A stretch of 64,000 nucleotides of DNA, taken from the NCBI GenBank assembly GCA_965231045.1, contig OZ246406.1, forward strand, positions 450,208 through 514,207, in the 5' to 3' direction. The notes beneath the pieces are model-generated. The model did no database searches. It was not told the DNA's origin and saw only the letters and a list, made by a program, of their open reading frames with translations. Of this stretch, positions 1 through 8,282 are shown piece after piece. Made by a program: the position numbers and the translations under genes. Every line of letters starts with the position of its first letter. Within the stretch, counting starts at the first letter, position 1. Source of the DNA: an uncultured Candidatus Saccharibacteria bacterium (GTDB lineage Bacteria > Patescibacteriota > Saccharimonadia > Saccharimonadales > JAGQNJ01).

Positions 1-974
1 GAGATCATCGGTTGTTAGAAAGTTATTTTCACCAACTTTAGGACCAGTTATCGGATAGCCATCAAGCGCATAACCAATAACCTTGTTTACACTGGTATCT
101 GTTATACAGCTACTTAGGGTGTGGTAATGATATTCGCCTTTTTCTTGAGGATGTCCTTCGCAGTCGTCTTGCACTTCCCAGGCACCGGCATCGCGACCAC
201 CCGCATCAAAGGCATCAAACAACGCTACTCCAGTAGTCATTACGCCGACTTCATTGTTCATACACTGTGGGCTGCCGTATGACGGTGTAGCATTTAACTC
301 ATAAGTTAGTGTGGTGGTTTTGATGGTGTTGGGGTTTCTATCATAACTATAAGCTGGATCAGATTTTGATACTGGAAAAACTCCCGTGTGGTGATCCGGC
401 AAATCGTTGGTGTCGATTATGCGTTTGCCGTCTTTGATCTCCATGCTGTAGCGCTGAGTCCAGTTAACCTTACCCTGCACAGCTACTTTCTTATTTATAT
501 CCCACTGGGTCGTACCAATAAACCACGGCCCACGTGTCTGGGCACCAGCTTGTCCAGCTGGAACAAAATTCGCTTTACACAAATAGACATTGCCCTTTTT
601 GGCTGCATCAGTGGTGTATTTATTATCACCTACCGGCAAAATACCGTTAGCATATTTATTGCCGTAGTTTTTATTCGGATCGAGCTGGAGGCCTTCTACT
701 TTTGGAGTTTCTTTCTTGGTAGTGGTTACAGATTGTTCGTTATCTGCTGGTGGCCTTGATATGTTGCGTATTCTAAAATACCAAAAAGCGGCGGTAGCCA
801 GAGCCAAAATAACAAACAATATACTTAGCACAACAATGTGACGATTTTGTTTTTTGGGTTTATCTACAATTGGTTTAGAATCTTCGGGGATATTTGGAAC
901 GTCTGGTTTTGGTGTACCTTCAGGGGTAGCTGGCTCAACTTCAGACTTCTCTGGCGTCTTTAGCTCATCTTCCA
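1..974 (-). CDS. YHYH-domain protein with N-terminal TM anchor (3' end cut by window edge)
   Basis: Minus-strand ORF absent from the supplied track because it runs off the window. ATG at 974-972. My translation is MEDELKTPEK...RHIVVLSILFVILALATAAFWYF (TM) ...DDCEGHPQEKGEYHYHTLSSC, which carries the YHYH signature. Confidence 0.7.
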
Positions 975-1076
975 TACAACCATTGTACAACCATTAGCGT
1001 AATCAGCGAAGATTCAACCTAACCGCGGTTGATAGCAATGAACCATTCTAGCTATTGCGGTTATAGGTTTTAATAA

Positions 1077-1364
1077 CTAATTCAGGTTTGGATTAGCCTT
1101 AGGACCGGTTGGTTCCCAGTTGGAACCATTCCAATTCGAAAATCCAAATACGCGTCGGCCTACATTACGCGGTCTTTCTTCTCTAGCACCACCAATCGCT
1201 ATATCAACAATATCAACACCCGTTTGATTAGCGACGGCTCTTTGTATCTCTGCATCGCTCATACCTTCTGTGTCATGAACATGTCCAAGTACTATAGCTT
1301 TATCGGGCGTTATACCCAATCCATCAACATGAAATCTAGCTGGTTCTTTTTCGAAATCTGACAT
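1077..1364 (-). CDS. hypothetical small protein (95 aa)
   Basis: Intact ORF in the same orientation as its neighbours. No recognisable motif. Confidence 0.45.
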   Translation of the reverse strand: MSDFEKEPARFHVDGLGITPDKAIVLGHVHDTEGMSDAEIQRAVANQTGVDIVDIAIGGAREERPRNVGRRVFGFSNWNGSNWEPTGPKANPNLN

Positions 1365-1418
1365 ATTAACTCCTTGAAGTAGAGATATTGTACAACCTTG
1401 CCAGTATTTTGTATATAT

Positions 1419-3242
1419 CTACTTGTTGAGGCGTTTGCGCTTGTTAGGATCGAGTTCTTTTTTGCGCAATCGCAGGTTTTTTGGTGTAACTTCCAGCACT
1501 TCGTCGTTTTCAATAAAGTCGATGCACTGCTCTAGGCTAAAAATAGTCGGTGGCGTTAGCTGCACCACACCATCACTACTTGAGCTACGCATGTTCGTCA
1601 GGTGCTTAGCCTTACAAACATTGATTTCCATATCGTCACCACGTTTGTTGAGCCCAATAATTTGACCGGCGTAAACCTTTTCGGCCGGACCAACAAAGCA
1701 GGTACCTCGTTCTTCGACATTCTGCAGAGCGTAGGGTGTCGTGGTGCCTGTTTCGAAGGCAATCAGCACACCGTTGCGAAGTTGCTGTAGGGGCGCGCCA
1801 AGCGGCTCGTAGCCAATCATCAGGCTATTCATGATAATCGTTCCCTTGGTGTTAGTCATCAGAATATTTCTAAGACCAAGTAGTGCCCGAGTTGGTAATT
1901 CATAGACTAGTTTAGTCACGCCTTTGGGGCTAGCAAATTGCTCTTTTAGATTAGCTCGGCGTGCACCAAGCTCTTGTTGGACCGTGCCGACGTGTTCGGC
2001 TGGCACTTCAATAATCAATTCTTCGATCGGCTCAACGGTTTGGCCATTTTCTTCTTTGGTCACAACTTGTGGACGGCCAACTTCAAACTCAAAGCCTTCG
2101 CGTCGCATAGTCTCAATTAGCACGCTTAAATGTAGTTCGCCACGGCCAGACACCAAAAAGCCAATGCCTTGCTCTTCGACGCGCAAGCCCACATTGGTTT
2201 CTAACTCTTTTTGCAGCCGATCGCCAATTTGTCGGCTAGTGTTAAACTCACCTTCTAAACCTTTGAATGGGGAAGTATTGGGGCCTAAATAAATCTTGAG
2301 AGTTGGTGCTTCGACTTCCAGCACTGGAAGTGCTTCAGGTTGATCAGCATCGGCAATCGTCTCGCCGATCTGAGCATTAGCCACACCCGTCAGTTGCACA
2401 ATATCGCCAGCCACACCTTCATCAACTTCAAACTTGCTCACGCCATGGCTCATGTAGACATTGTCGATCTTAGCTTTGGCCTGGGTGCCGTCTTTGAGGC
2501 ATAAAGTAACTTGGTCTCCACCTTTGACACGGCCACGAGTAATTCGCCCAATAGCATACTTGCCCTTAAAGCTATCCCACGCCAGAGCAGTAACAAGCAT
2601 CTGAAAAGGCTTGTCGAGTTCAATTTGCGGGGCAGGGATGTGCTCAACAATGGCTTCAAAAATCGGCTCTAGATCCCCTGCTGCTTCTGGATCACTAGGA
2701 ATTTCCTTCCAAGCTTTACCAGCCCGGCCAACCGCGTAATAAACAGGGTAGTGAAGCTGGTCTTCGTGCACAGCAAGCTCCAAAAACAGATCAGCTAACT
2801 CATCTTCGACTTCTTTGATACGTGATCCAGGCTTGTCGATTTTATTGATAATCACAATTGGTTTAAGCTCATTGGCTAGGGCCTTACCCAGCACAAACTT
2901 GGTTTGAGGCATCGGGCCTTCCTGGGCGTCGACGATTAAAATACTGCCATCGGCCATATTTAGTGTGCGCTCGACTTCCCCACTAAAATCCGCATGTCCT
3001 GGTGTGTCAACGATGTTAATTCGATAATCACCATGCTGCACTGCCGTAACTTTGGCAGTAATGGTAATTCCGCGTTCGCGCTCTTGGTCGCCACTGTCCA
3101 TAATGAGTTCTTGGCCCATTTCGGCTTGGTTATCACGAAACGTTTTGGATTGCTTCAATAGCCCATCAACCAAGGTAGTTTTACCATGGTCAACGTGCGC
3201 AATAATCGCAATGTTACGAATTTTGGTTGGATCTTGTTTCAT
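1419..3242 (-). CDS. typA: translational GTPase TypA/BipA
   Basis: 607 aa. G1 motif [26 protein letters not shown], and EF-G-like C-terminal domains. Confidence 0.92.
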   Translation of the reverse strand: MKQDPTKIRNIAIIAHVDHGKTTLVDGLLKQSKTFRDNQAEMGQELIMDSGDQERERGITITAKVTAVQHGDYRINIVDTPGHADFSGEVERTLNMADGSILIVDAQEGPMPQTKFVLGKALANELKPIVIINKIDKPGSRIKEVEDELADLFLELAVHEDQLHYPVYYAVGRAGKAWKEIPSDPEAAGDLEPIFEAIVEHIPAPQIELDKPFQMLVTALAWDSFKGKYAIGRITRGRVKGGDQVTLCLKDGTQAKAKIDNVYMSHGVSKFEVDEGVAGDIVQLTGVANAQIGETIADADQPEALPVLEVEAPTLKIYLGPNTSPFKGLEGEFNTSRQIGDRLQKELETNVGLRVEEQGIGFLVSGRGELHLSVLIETMRREGFEFEVGRPQVVTKEENGQTVEPIEELIIEVPAEHVGTVQQELGARRANLKEQFASPKGVTKLVYELPTRALLGLRNILMTNTKGTIIMNSLMIGYEPLGAPLQQLRNGVLIAFETGTTTPYALQNVEERGTCFVGPAEKVYAGQIIGLNKRGDDMEINVCKAKHLTNMRSSSSDGVVQLTPPTIFSLEQCIDFIENDEVLEVTPKNLRLRKKELDPNKRKRLNK

Positions 3243-3330
3243 AAAATAAAGCGCCCGTAGTTTAAGGCGCTCCCTTATCTGTTAATTATAACATAAGTGG
3301 TACTGGGGCGCAATGATTGCGCCCCGCGTT

Positions 3331-4545
3331 TTAACGATCGATGAATGTTAGGGCATGGCCAACTTTGCCAGCTCGCCCAGCTCGACCAATACGGTGCACA
3401 TAGTCATCGTAAGTTTTTGGTGTCGAGTAGTTAATCACGTGGGTGACATCAATCACGTCAATACCACGCGCCGCTACATCAGTAGCTACCAAGATAGTCA
3501 CTTGGTTGTCTTTGAATCGCTTCAATGAGCGTTGGCGCTGACCTTGTGATTTACCACCATGAATTGCATCAGCCGAAAAGCCACGAGCAATCAGTTCATT
3601 GCTCAGGCTCTCGACACTTCGCTGCGTATCATCAAAGATAATTGCCTTGGCGATGTTCTGGTTAGTCAAAAGGTCATGCAAGTGCTCGATCTTTCGACCG
3701 CCGTTAATTCGTACGACATCTTGGTGAATATTCTCACCAGTTTCGCCAGTTTTTACAGAGATCATAACTGGATTGTTAGCAAACGTCTCAATCAACGATT
3801 TTACGCGTGCATCAAGTGTTGCCGAGAAAAACAACGATTGCCGCTTCTCAGATAGGTTGCTAAGAATACTGCGAACATCGTTCACAAAACCCATATCTAG
3901 CATACGGTCAACTTCGTCGAGGACGACGCAGTTAAAGTCGCGTAGTTGTAGGCTTCGGCGTTCAATATGGTCTTTGATACGGCCAGGTGTACCGATAACC
4001 ACTCGTGGGTTTCGGCGCAAATCGCTCAGTTGTCGGCCCATACCAGATCCACCGATTAATACAGCTCGACGCAAGTTACTGTCTTTGCTAAGCACATAAA
4101 ACTCTTCGTCGATTTGCTGAGCCAGCTCGCGTGTTGGTGCTACCACCAAAACTTTAGCGTTGTTGTTCATGATTGCCTGGATGGCTGGTACGGCAAAAGC
4201 GGCTGTCTTACCTGTTCCTGTATCGGCAATACCGATAATGTCGCGGCCAGCTAAAATCTCTGGAATTGCTTGATCCTGAATTGGCGAAGGCGTTGTAAAC
4301 CCTTTTCGCTCCAAGTTTCGAACCAATAGTTGATTTAGGCCAAAATCAGCAAACTGATGTTTGGCTTCATAGGTTGTCTGTTCTTTAGGTGTTGCCACCT
4401 TAACAAAACGGCTTGGATCAATGTAGTCTTTCTTAAGACCGCCGCGCCTTGGCGCACGATTTTGTGAAAATGACCGGCTCCGGCCACCGCCGTGATAGTT
4501 GCCGCCACTTCGGCGACCTGAATTAAAGTTTTTATTATAAGGCAT
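3331..4545 (-). CDS. DEAD-box ATP-dependent RNA helicase with RGG-rich N-terminus
   Basis: Q-motif GFTTPSPIQ, motif I ADTGTGKTAAF, motif II DEVD, SAT, and HRIGRAGRAG motif VI. Confidence 0.9.
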   Translation of the reverse strand: MPYNKNFNSGRRSGGNYHGGGRSRSFSQNRAPRRGGLKKDYIDPSRFVKVATPKEQTTYEAKHQFADFGLNQLLVRNLERKGFTTPSPIQDQAIPEILAGRDIIGIADTGTGKTAAFAVPAIQAIMNNNAKVLVVAPTRELAQQIDEEFYVLSKDSNLRRAVLIGGSGMGRQLSDLRRNPRVVIGTPGRIKDHIERRSLQLRDFNCVVLDEVDRMLDMGFVNDVRSILSNLSEKRQSLFFSATLDARVKSLIETFANNPVMISVKTGETGENIHQDVVRINGGRKIEHLHDLLTNQNIAKAIIFDDTQRSVESLSNELIARGFSADAIHGGKSQGQRQRSLKRFKDNQVTILVATDVAARGIDVIDVTHVINYSTPKTYDDYVHRIGRAGRAGKVGHALTFIDR

Positions 4546-4734
4546 TAAAATAACCCTTCGTTTTAGAGGCTTTCGCCCTTGATATTACTTCGATTGTGAT
4601 AATGAAATATCGAGTAATACGTCTAAAACAAACCCGGGTTCACTAATTACAATGTCCATATACATTAGCATTATTTTTAAGAGGTGTCAACAGTTTAGCC
4701 CCTACTTTCTTGTTTCTGCAAGAAAGCTAGCAAA

Positions 4735-4872
4735 GAACCGACAGGCGACTGGCTCGTATGATGCAACCACCTGTCAAAGCACACAACAGCCTCAGTAACT
4801 CGCTCCGCTCAGACATCCCTCGGCTTTATAGTTGTGCCTTTGCCGTGTTTGCTCAGCCTCCCCAGAGCCTGG
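4735..4872 (+). repeat. G+C-rich intergenic repeat, copy A (left flank of the R-M cassette)
   Basis: Collinear anchor blocks shared with copy B in inverted orientation: CAGGCGACT 4742-4750, ACTCGCTC 4798-4805, CAGAGCCTGG 4863-4872. It also shares blocks with the copies at 35453-35517, 32329-32420 and 26350-26518. Aligned by eye. Confidence 0.55.
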
Positions 4873-4906
4873 GAATATTACCTTACCTCTGATAGTATAA
4901 ATATCA

Positions 4907-7384
4907 ATGAGTAAAGAGGCTGCTGCTCGAATCAAAATCAATAAACTGCTTGAGGAAGCTGGTTGGGATTTTGATCAAAATATTAAGGTTGAGGCTGGCG
5001 TAAACATTAACGAAGTTGGTGATGATTACGAGCACAGTAAACATGGATTTATTGATTACTTACTGCTGGATGACAAGGGTTTCCCTCTTTTAGTTCTGGA
5101 GGCAAAAAAAGAAAGCAAAAGTCCGCTAGATGGTAAAGAGCAAGCAAGGAATTACGCAAGAAGCAATAAAGCCAGATTTATCATTCTAAGCAACGGTAAC
5201 CTGCATTACTTTTGGGATACAGAACATGGCACCGAAAAGTTAATCACTGACTTCCCTTCACAAAAATCATTACTTGATTTGCAGGATTACAAACCAGACC
5301 ACAAGACACTTGCCGGTGAGAAAGTTCAAGGAGATTACATTGCTCTCAGTCAAATGCCAAACTATGCTGAAGATCCAGACTGGCTGGCCGGAGGCCACAA
5401 GCAAGAAGCATTCAAAGATCGCCATGGCTTAAAGTTTATGCGCTACTACCAGCTCGATGCAATCCATGCCATCCAAGATGCTGCTAAAGAAGGTAAAGAG
5501 CGCTATCTGCTTGAGATGGCAACAGGTACTGGCAAAACTCTTACAACGATAGCAATCTGCAAACTATTTTTAAGAACTGGAAATGCCAGCCGAATACTAT
5601 TTTTGGTTGACCGTATAGAACTAGAGAAGCAAGCAGCTAAGGACTTTAAGGCAATCAAAAATGACTATTTGACTAGTGTTTACAAAGAAAATAAAGATGA
5701 TTGGCGCAAAGCAAATATAGTGATCTCCACAGTCCAGACGCTAATGGCCGGCGACCGATACAAAAAGGAATTTGACCCTACAGATTTTGATCTAGTAATT
5801 TCAGATGAAGCACACCGCTCCATCGGTGGCAACTCACGCAGTGTATTCGAATACTTCATTGGCTACAAACTTGGCTTAACTGCCACTCCAAAAGACTATC
5901 TAAAACATGTAGATACAAACAAAGAGAGTCAAAAGGACCAAGAGCGACGGCAGCTATTAGACACTTACAAAACCTTTGGTTGTGATAGTGGTGAGCCGAC
6001 ATATCGTTATGACCTAAAAAAGGGTGCCGCAGATGGCTTTTTGATTCAGCCAACAGTGGTCGATGCACGTACAGAGATAACTACCCAACTACTTAGTGAT
6101 GAAGGTTACGAAGTTGAACGCAAGAATGACGAAGGCGATATTGAAAAACAAGTTTACTTTAGTCGTCAATTTGAGCGTAAGTTCTTTAACGAAGATACGA
6201 ACGTTGCTTTCTGTAAGGCTTTTGTAGATAACGCGTTACGCGATCCAATTAGTCAGGAAGTTGGTAAAAGCCTTATTTTCTGTGTAACTCAAGACCATGC
6301 GCAAAAGATTACTCTAATACTAAATCAAATTGCCGACAAAAAATGGCCTGGAAAGTACAGTTCCGACTTTGCAATTCAAGTAAGTAGCAACGTAGACGCC
6401 GCACAAGAAATGACCACTAAGTTTAGCAACAACAACCTTAATGGCACAACTCGCTTTAAAGATGGCTACAAATCCAGCCGTACGCGAATTTGTGTAACGG
6501 TTGGGATGATGACAACTGGATACGACTGCCCTGACATTCTAAACGTTGCTTTTATGCGTCCTGTATTCAGCCCTGCAGATTTTATACAAATGAAAGGCCG
6601 TGGCACGCGAAGAGCCGTATTTAGCTACGAGGACGAAACCAAAGAAAAGTTTGAGGTTCCCAAAAAAGCCTTCAAGCTTTTTGACTTCTTCGCAGTATGT
6701 GAATACTTCGAGGAGAAGTTTAATTACGACGAGCAGCTTAAACTACCGCCAACCATTGGGCGCAAAAACGTTGATGAAGAAGAACGAACAGAACGCTACA
6801 TAACAGACGATTTGGAGCTTGGCAGACGCGACGATATCCAAACTATCAAAGAAGAGCAAATCGGTAATGAAGGCATGCGTGTGGACCGTGAAGTTTGGGG
6901 CGAAAAGGCGAAAGAAGCTATAGAAAAAGACCAAGAAATCTCTGAATTATACAAATCTGGCGATATTTATGGTGCCGAAAAGGCCGTGATAGAAAAACAC
7001 TTTGAAAAGCCAAAACTATACATCAGCCGTAGTAAGTTCAAACAAGCTTTCAAACTCGACCGTCGCCCGCATGTAAAAGAAATATTGGAATATGTGTTTG
7101 GTGATCGTGATAACTTTCAGTCAAAGGACGAAATTGTATCAGATGAATTCGAAAGCTTTGTGCAAAACGAAGGCATTACACCAGATCAATACAGTGCAGC
7201 ACGTGATGTATTTAGTGCATACACCACTGATCCACATGTACGTGAGCTGATTGACGAAGGTCGCTTTGCAGAGCTAGACTTCACAGGCCTCAAAATGGAC
7301 GACTGGATTAACCTAGCGCCTGAACTACGTAAACGCATTCCTGAATACGCCCGTGATTATGTTTTAGAAAAAGTTGCTGATTAA
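4907..7384 (+). CDS. hsdR: Type I restriction enzyme R subunit (HsdR-like, 825 aa)
   Basis: N-terminal PD-(D/E)xK HSDR_N-like region (IDYLLL...VLEAKK). Helicase motifs ATGTGKT, DEAH (VISDEAHRS), GLTATP, MKGRGTR. EcoEI_R_C-like C-terminus. Confidence 0.85.
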   Translation: MSKEAAARIKINKLLEEAGWDFDQNIKVEAGVNINEVGDDYEHSKHGFIDYLLLDDKGFPLLVLEAKKESKSPLDGKEQARNYARSNKARFIILSNGNLHYFWDTEHGTEKLITDFPSQKSLLDLQDYKPDHKTLAGEKVQGDYIALSQMPNYAEDPDWLAGGHKQEAFKDRHGLKFMRYYQLDAIHAIQDAAKEGKERYLLEMATGTGKTLTTIAICKLFLRTGNASRILFLVDRIELEKQAAKDFKAIKNDYLTSVYKENKDDWRKANIVISTVQTLMAGDRYKKEFDPTDFDLVISDEAHRSIGGNSRSVFEYFIGYKLGLTATPKDYLKHVDTNKESQKDQERRQLLDTYKTFGCDSGEPTYRYDLKKGAADGFLIQPTVVDARTEITTQLLSDEGYEVERKNDEGDIEKQVYFSRQFERKFFNEDTNVAFCKAFVDNALRDPISQEVGKSLIFCVTQDHAQKITLILNQIADKKWPGKYSSDFAIQVSSNVDAAQEMTTKFSNNNLNGTTRFKDGYKSSRTRICVTVGMMTTGYDCPDILNVAFMRPVFSPADFIQMKGRGTRRAVFSYEDETKEKFEVPKKAFKLFDFFAVCEYFEEKFNYDEQLKLPPTIGRKNVDEEERTERYITDDLELGRRDDIQTIKEEQIGNEGMRVDREVWGEKAKEAIEKDQEISELYKSGDIYGAEKAVIEKHFEKPKLYISRSKFKQAFKLDRRPHVKEILEYVFGDRDNFQSKDEIVSDEFESFVQNEGITPDQYSAARDVFSAYTTDPHVRELIDEGRFAELDFTGLKMDDWINLAPELRKRIPEYARDYVLEKVAD

Positions 7385-7746
7385 AAGAAGTCTGACGCTC
7401 TTTCTATGGCAATCTTATCAATTGTATTATCGTCATAATTCTGCGTGTGTGAAACTATAGTTAGCAAAACGATCTTGTCCCCACTTACTGCAAACCACAT
7501 GCGAGGCCATTGGCTAGGCCTTAAGCCAGAGCCTGGTACAGCCATTTCTACTTTCCAGAGTGACCAGATCGCATTTTGATGAATCCGATGAATTTTTCCT
7601 GGAGCAATTACTTCATCAGGACTTGTTGGATCAAATTGTTTTTCAAGTAGTCTCTCAACTGCGCTCAAACCAGCAGTCGTTCCGGGGTATTTCTTTACGA
7701 GTTGCTTGAGCTCCCCAGAGAACTGATCATGTCGCAGAAAATTCAT
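7381..7746 (-). CDS. putative RelE/ParE-superfamily-like toxin, partner of the Panacea antitoxin
   Basis: Start chosen at the internal Met (MNFLRHDQF...), which overlaps the upstream gene stop by 20 nt. The C-terminal pattern LWKVEM...RMWFAVSGDKIVLLTIVSH resembles the RelE/ParE core. Family assignment is tentative. Confidence 0.5.
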   Translation of the reverse strand: MNFLRHDQFSGELKQLVKKYPGTTAGLSAVERLLEKQFDPTSPDEVIAPGKIHRIHQNAIWSLWKVEMAVPGSGLRPSQWPRMWFAVSGDKIVLLTIVSHTQNYDDNTIDKIAIERASDFF

Positions 7747-8233
7747 TAAAATCAGTCCCTCTATAAAAAGCCAGGTCATATGGTATTTCTTCACTAAGCT
7801 TTGTACCAATGTAGGGTGCCTCAGCATGTGTCAAGTCTTCTAGTTGCTTCCCGTTCAAACCTCCATAGAGCTTTGAAACTCGTTGAAGAATAGCTATGTC
7901 GTCTTCATCAAACACTGACATATCAGGTTCAGCCGTGCAAGTATACGTCTCTGTTGGTTTATAACCAGGGACACCTTCTATGGCATCTATTCGCAATTTG
8001 CCTGCCTTTGCCATTTTTTGAACAACATTCGGCATATTCTCTGGGAAAGGACCCATGGGCAAGGCTTTATAGACGTCCCCTGTTAAGGTCTTCATCGATT
8101 CTTTGTATTCGTAGTGGTCAAAGTCAAGATAATAGAGAAGCTTAGCGAGTTTTTTCTTACCATGAAGAACTCCGCCCTGTTGTTTACAGAGGTATAGAAT
8201 CGCGTTCTCGTACTTATTCAATGCTACGGCCAT
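7727..8233 (-). CDS. Panacea/DUF4065 (SocA/GepA-like) antitoxin-domain protein
   Basis: 168 aa. KKLAKLLYYLDFDHYEYKESMKTLTGDVYKALPMGPFP is typical of DUF4065 (PanA) proteins. Confidence 0.7.
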   Translation of the reverse strand: MAVALNKYENAILYLCKQQGGVLHGKKKLAKLLYYLDFDHYEYKESMKTLTGDVYKALPMGPFPENMPNVVQKMAKAGKLRIDAIEGVPGYKPTETYTCTAEPDMSVFDEDDIAILQRVSKLYGGLNGKQLEDLTHAEAPYIGTKLSEEIPYDLAFYRGTDFNEFSAT

Positions 8234-8282
8234 AAAATTATTATAACAACAAACGCAATGTTTATCGACTGCTTATGCTTAA

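Noticed and set aside
388-759. 123-aa plus-strand ORF from the track
   Set aside because: It lies entirely antisense to a much longer minus-strand frame (1-974) that has a clear TM anchor and a YHYH motif. Its sequence is hydrophobic, shadow-ORF-like noise.
3243-3330. Two hairpins (GGGGCGCAATGATTGCGCCCC and AGCGCC...GGCGCT) between the helicase gene and typA, considered as an attenuator
   Set aside because: They are probably ordinary terminator or processing structures. The U-tract orientation is ambiguous and no leader peptide or known riboswitch signature is seen.
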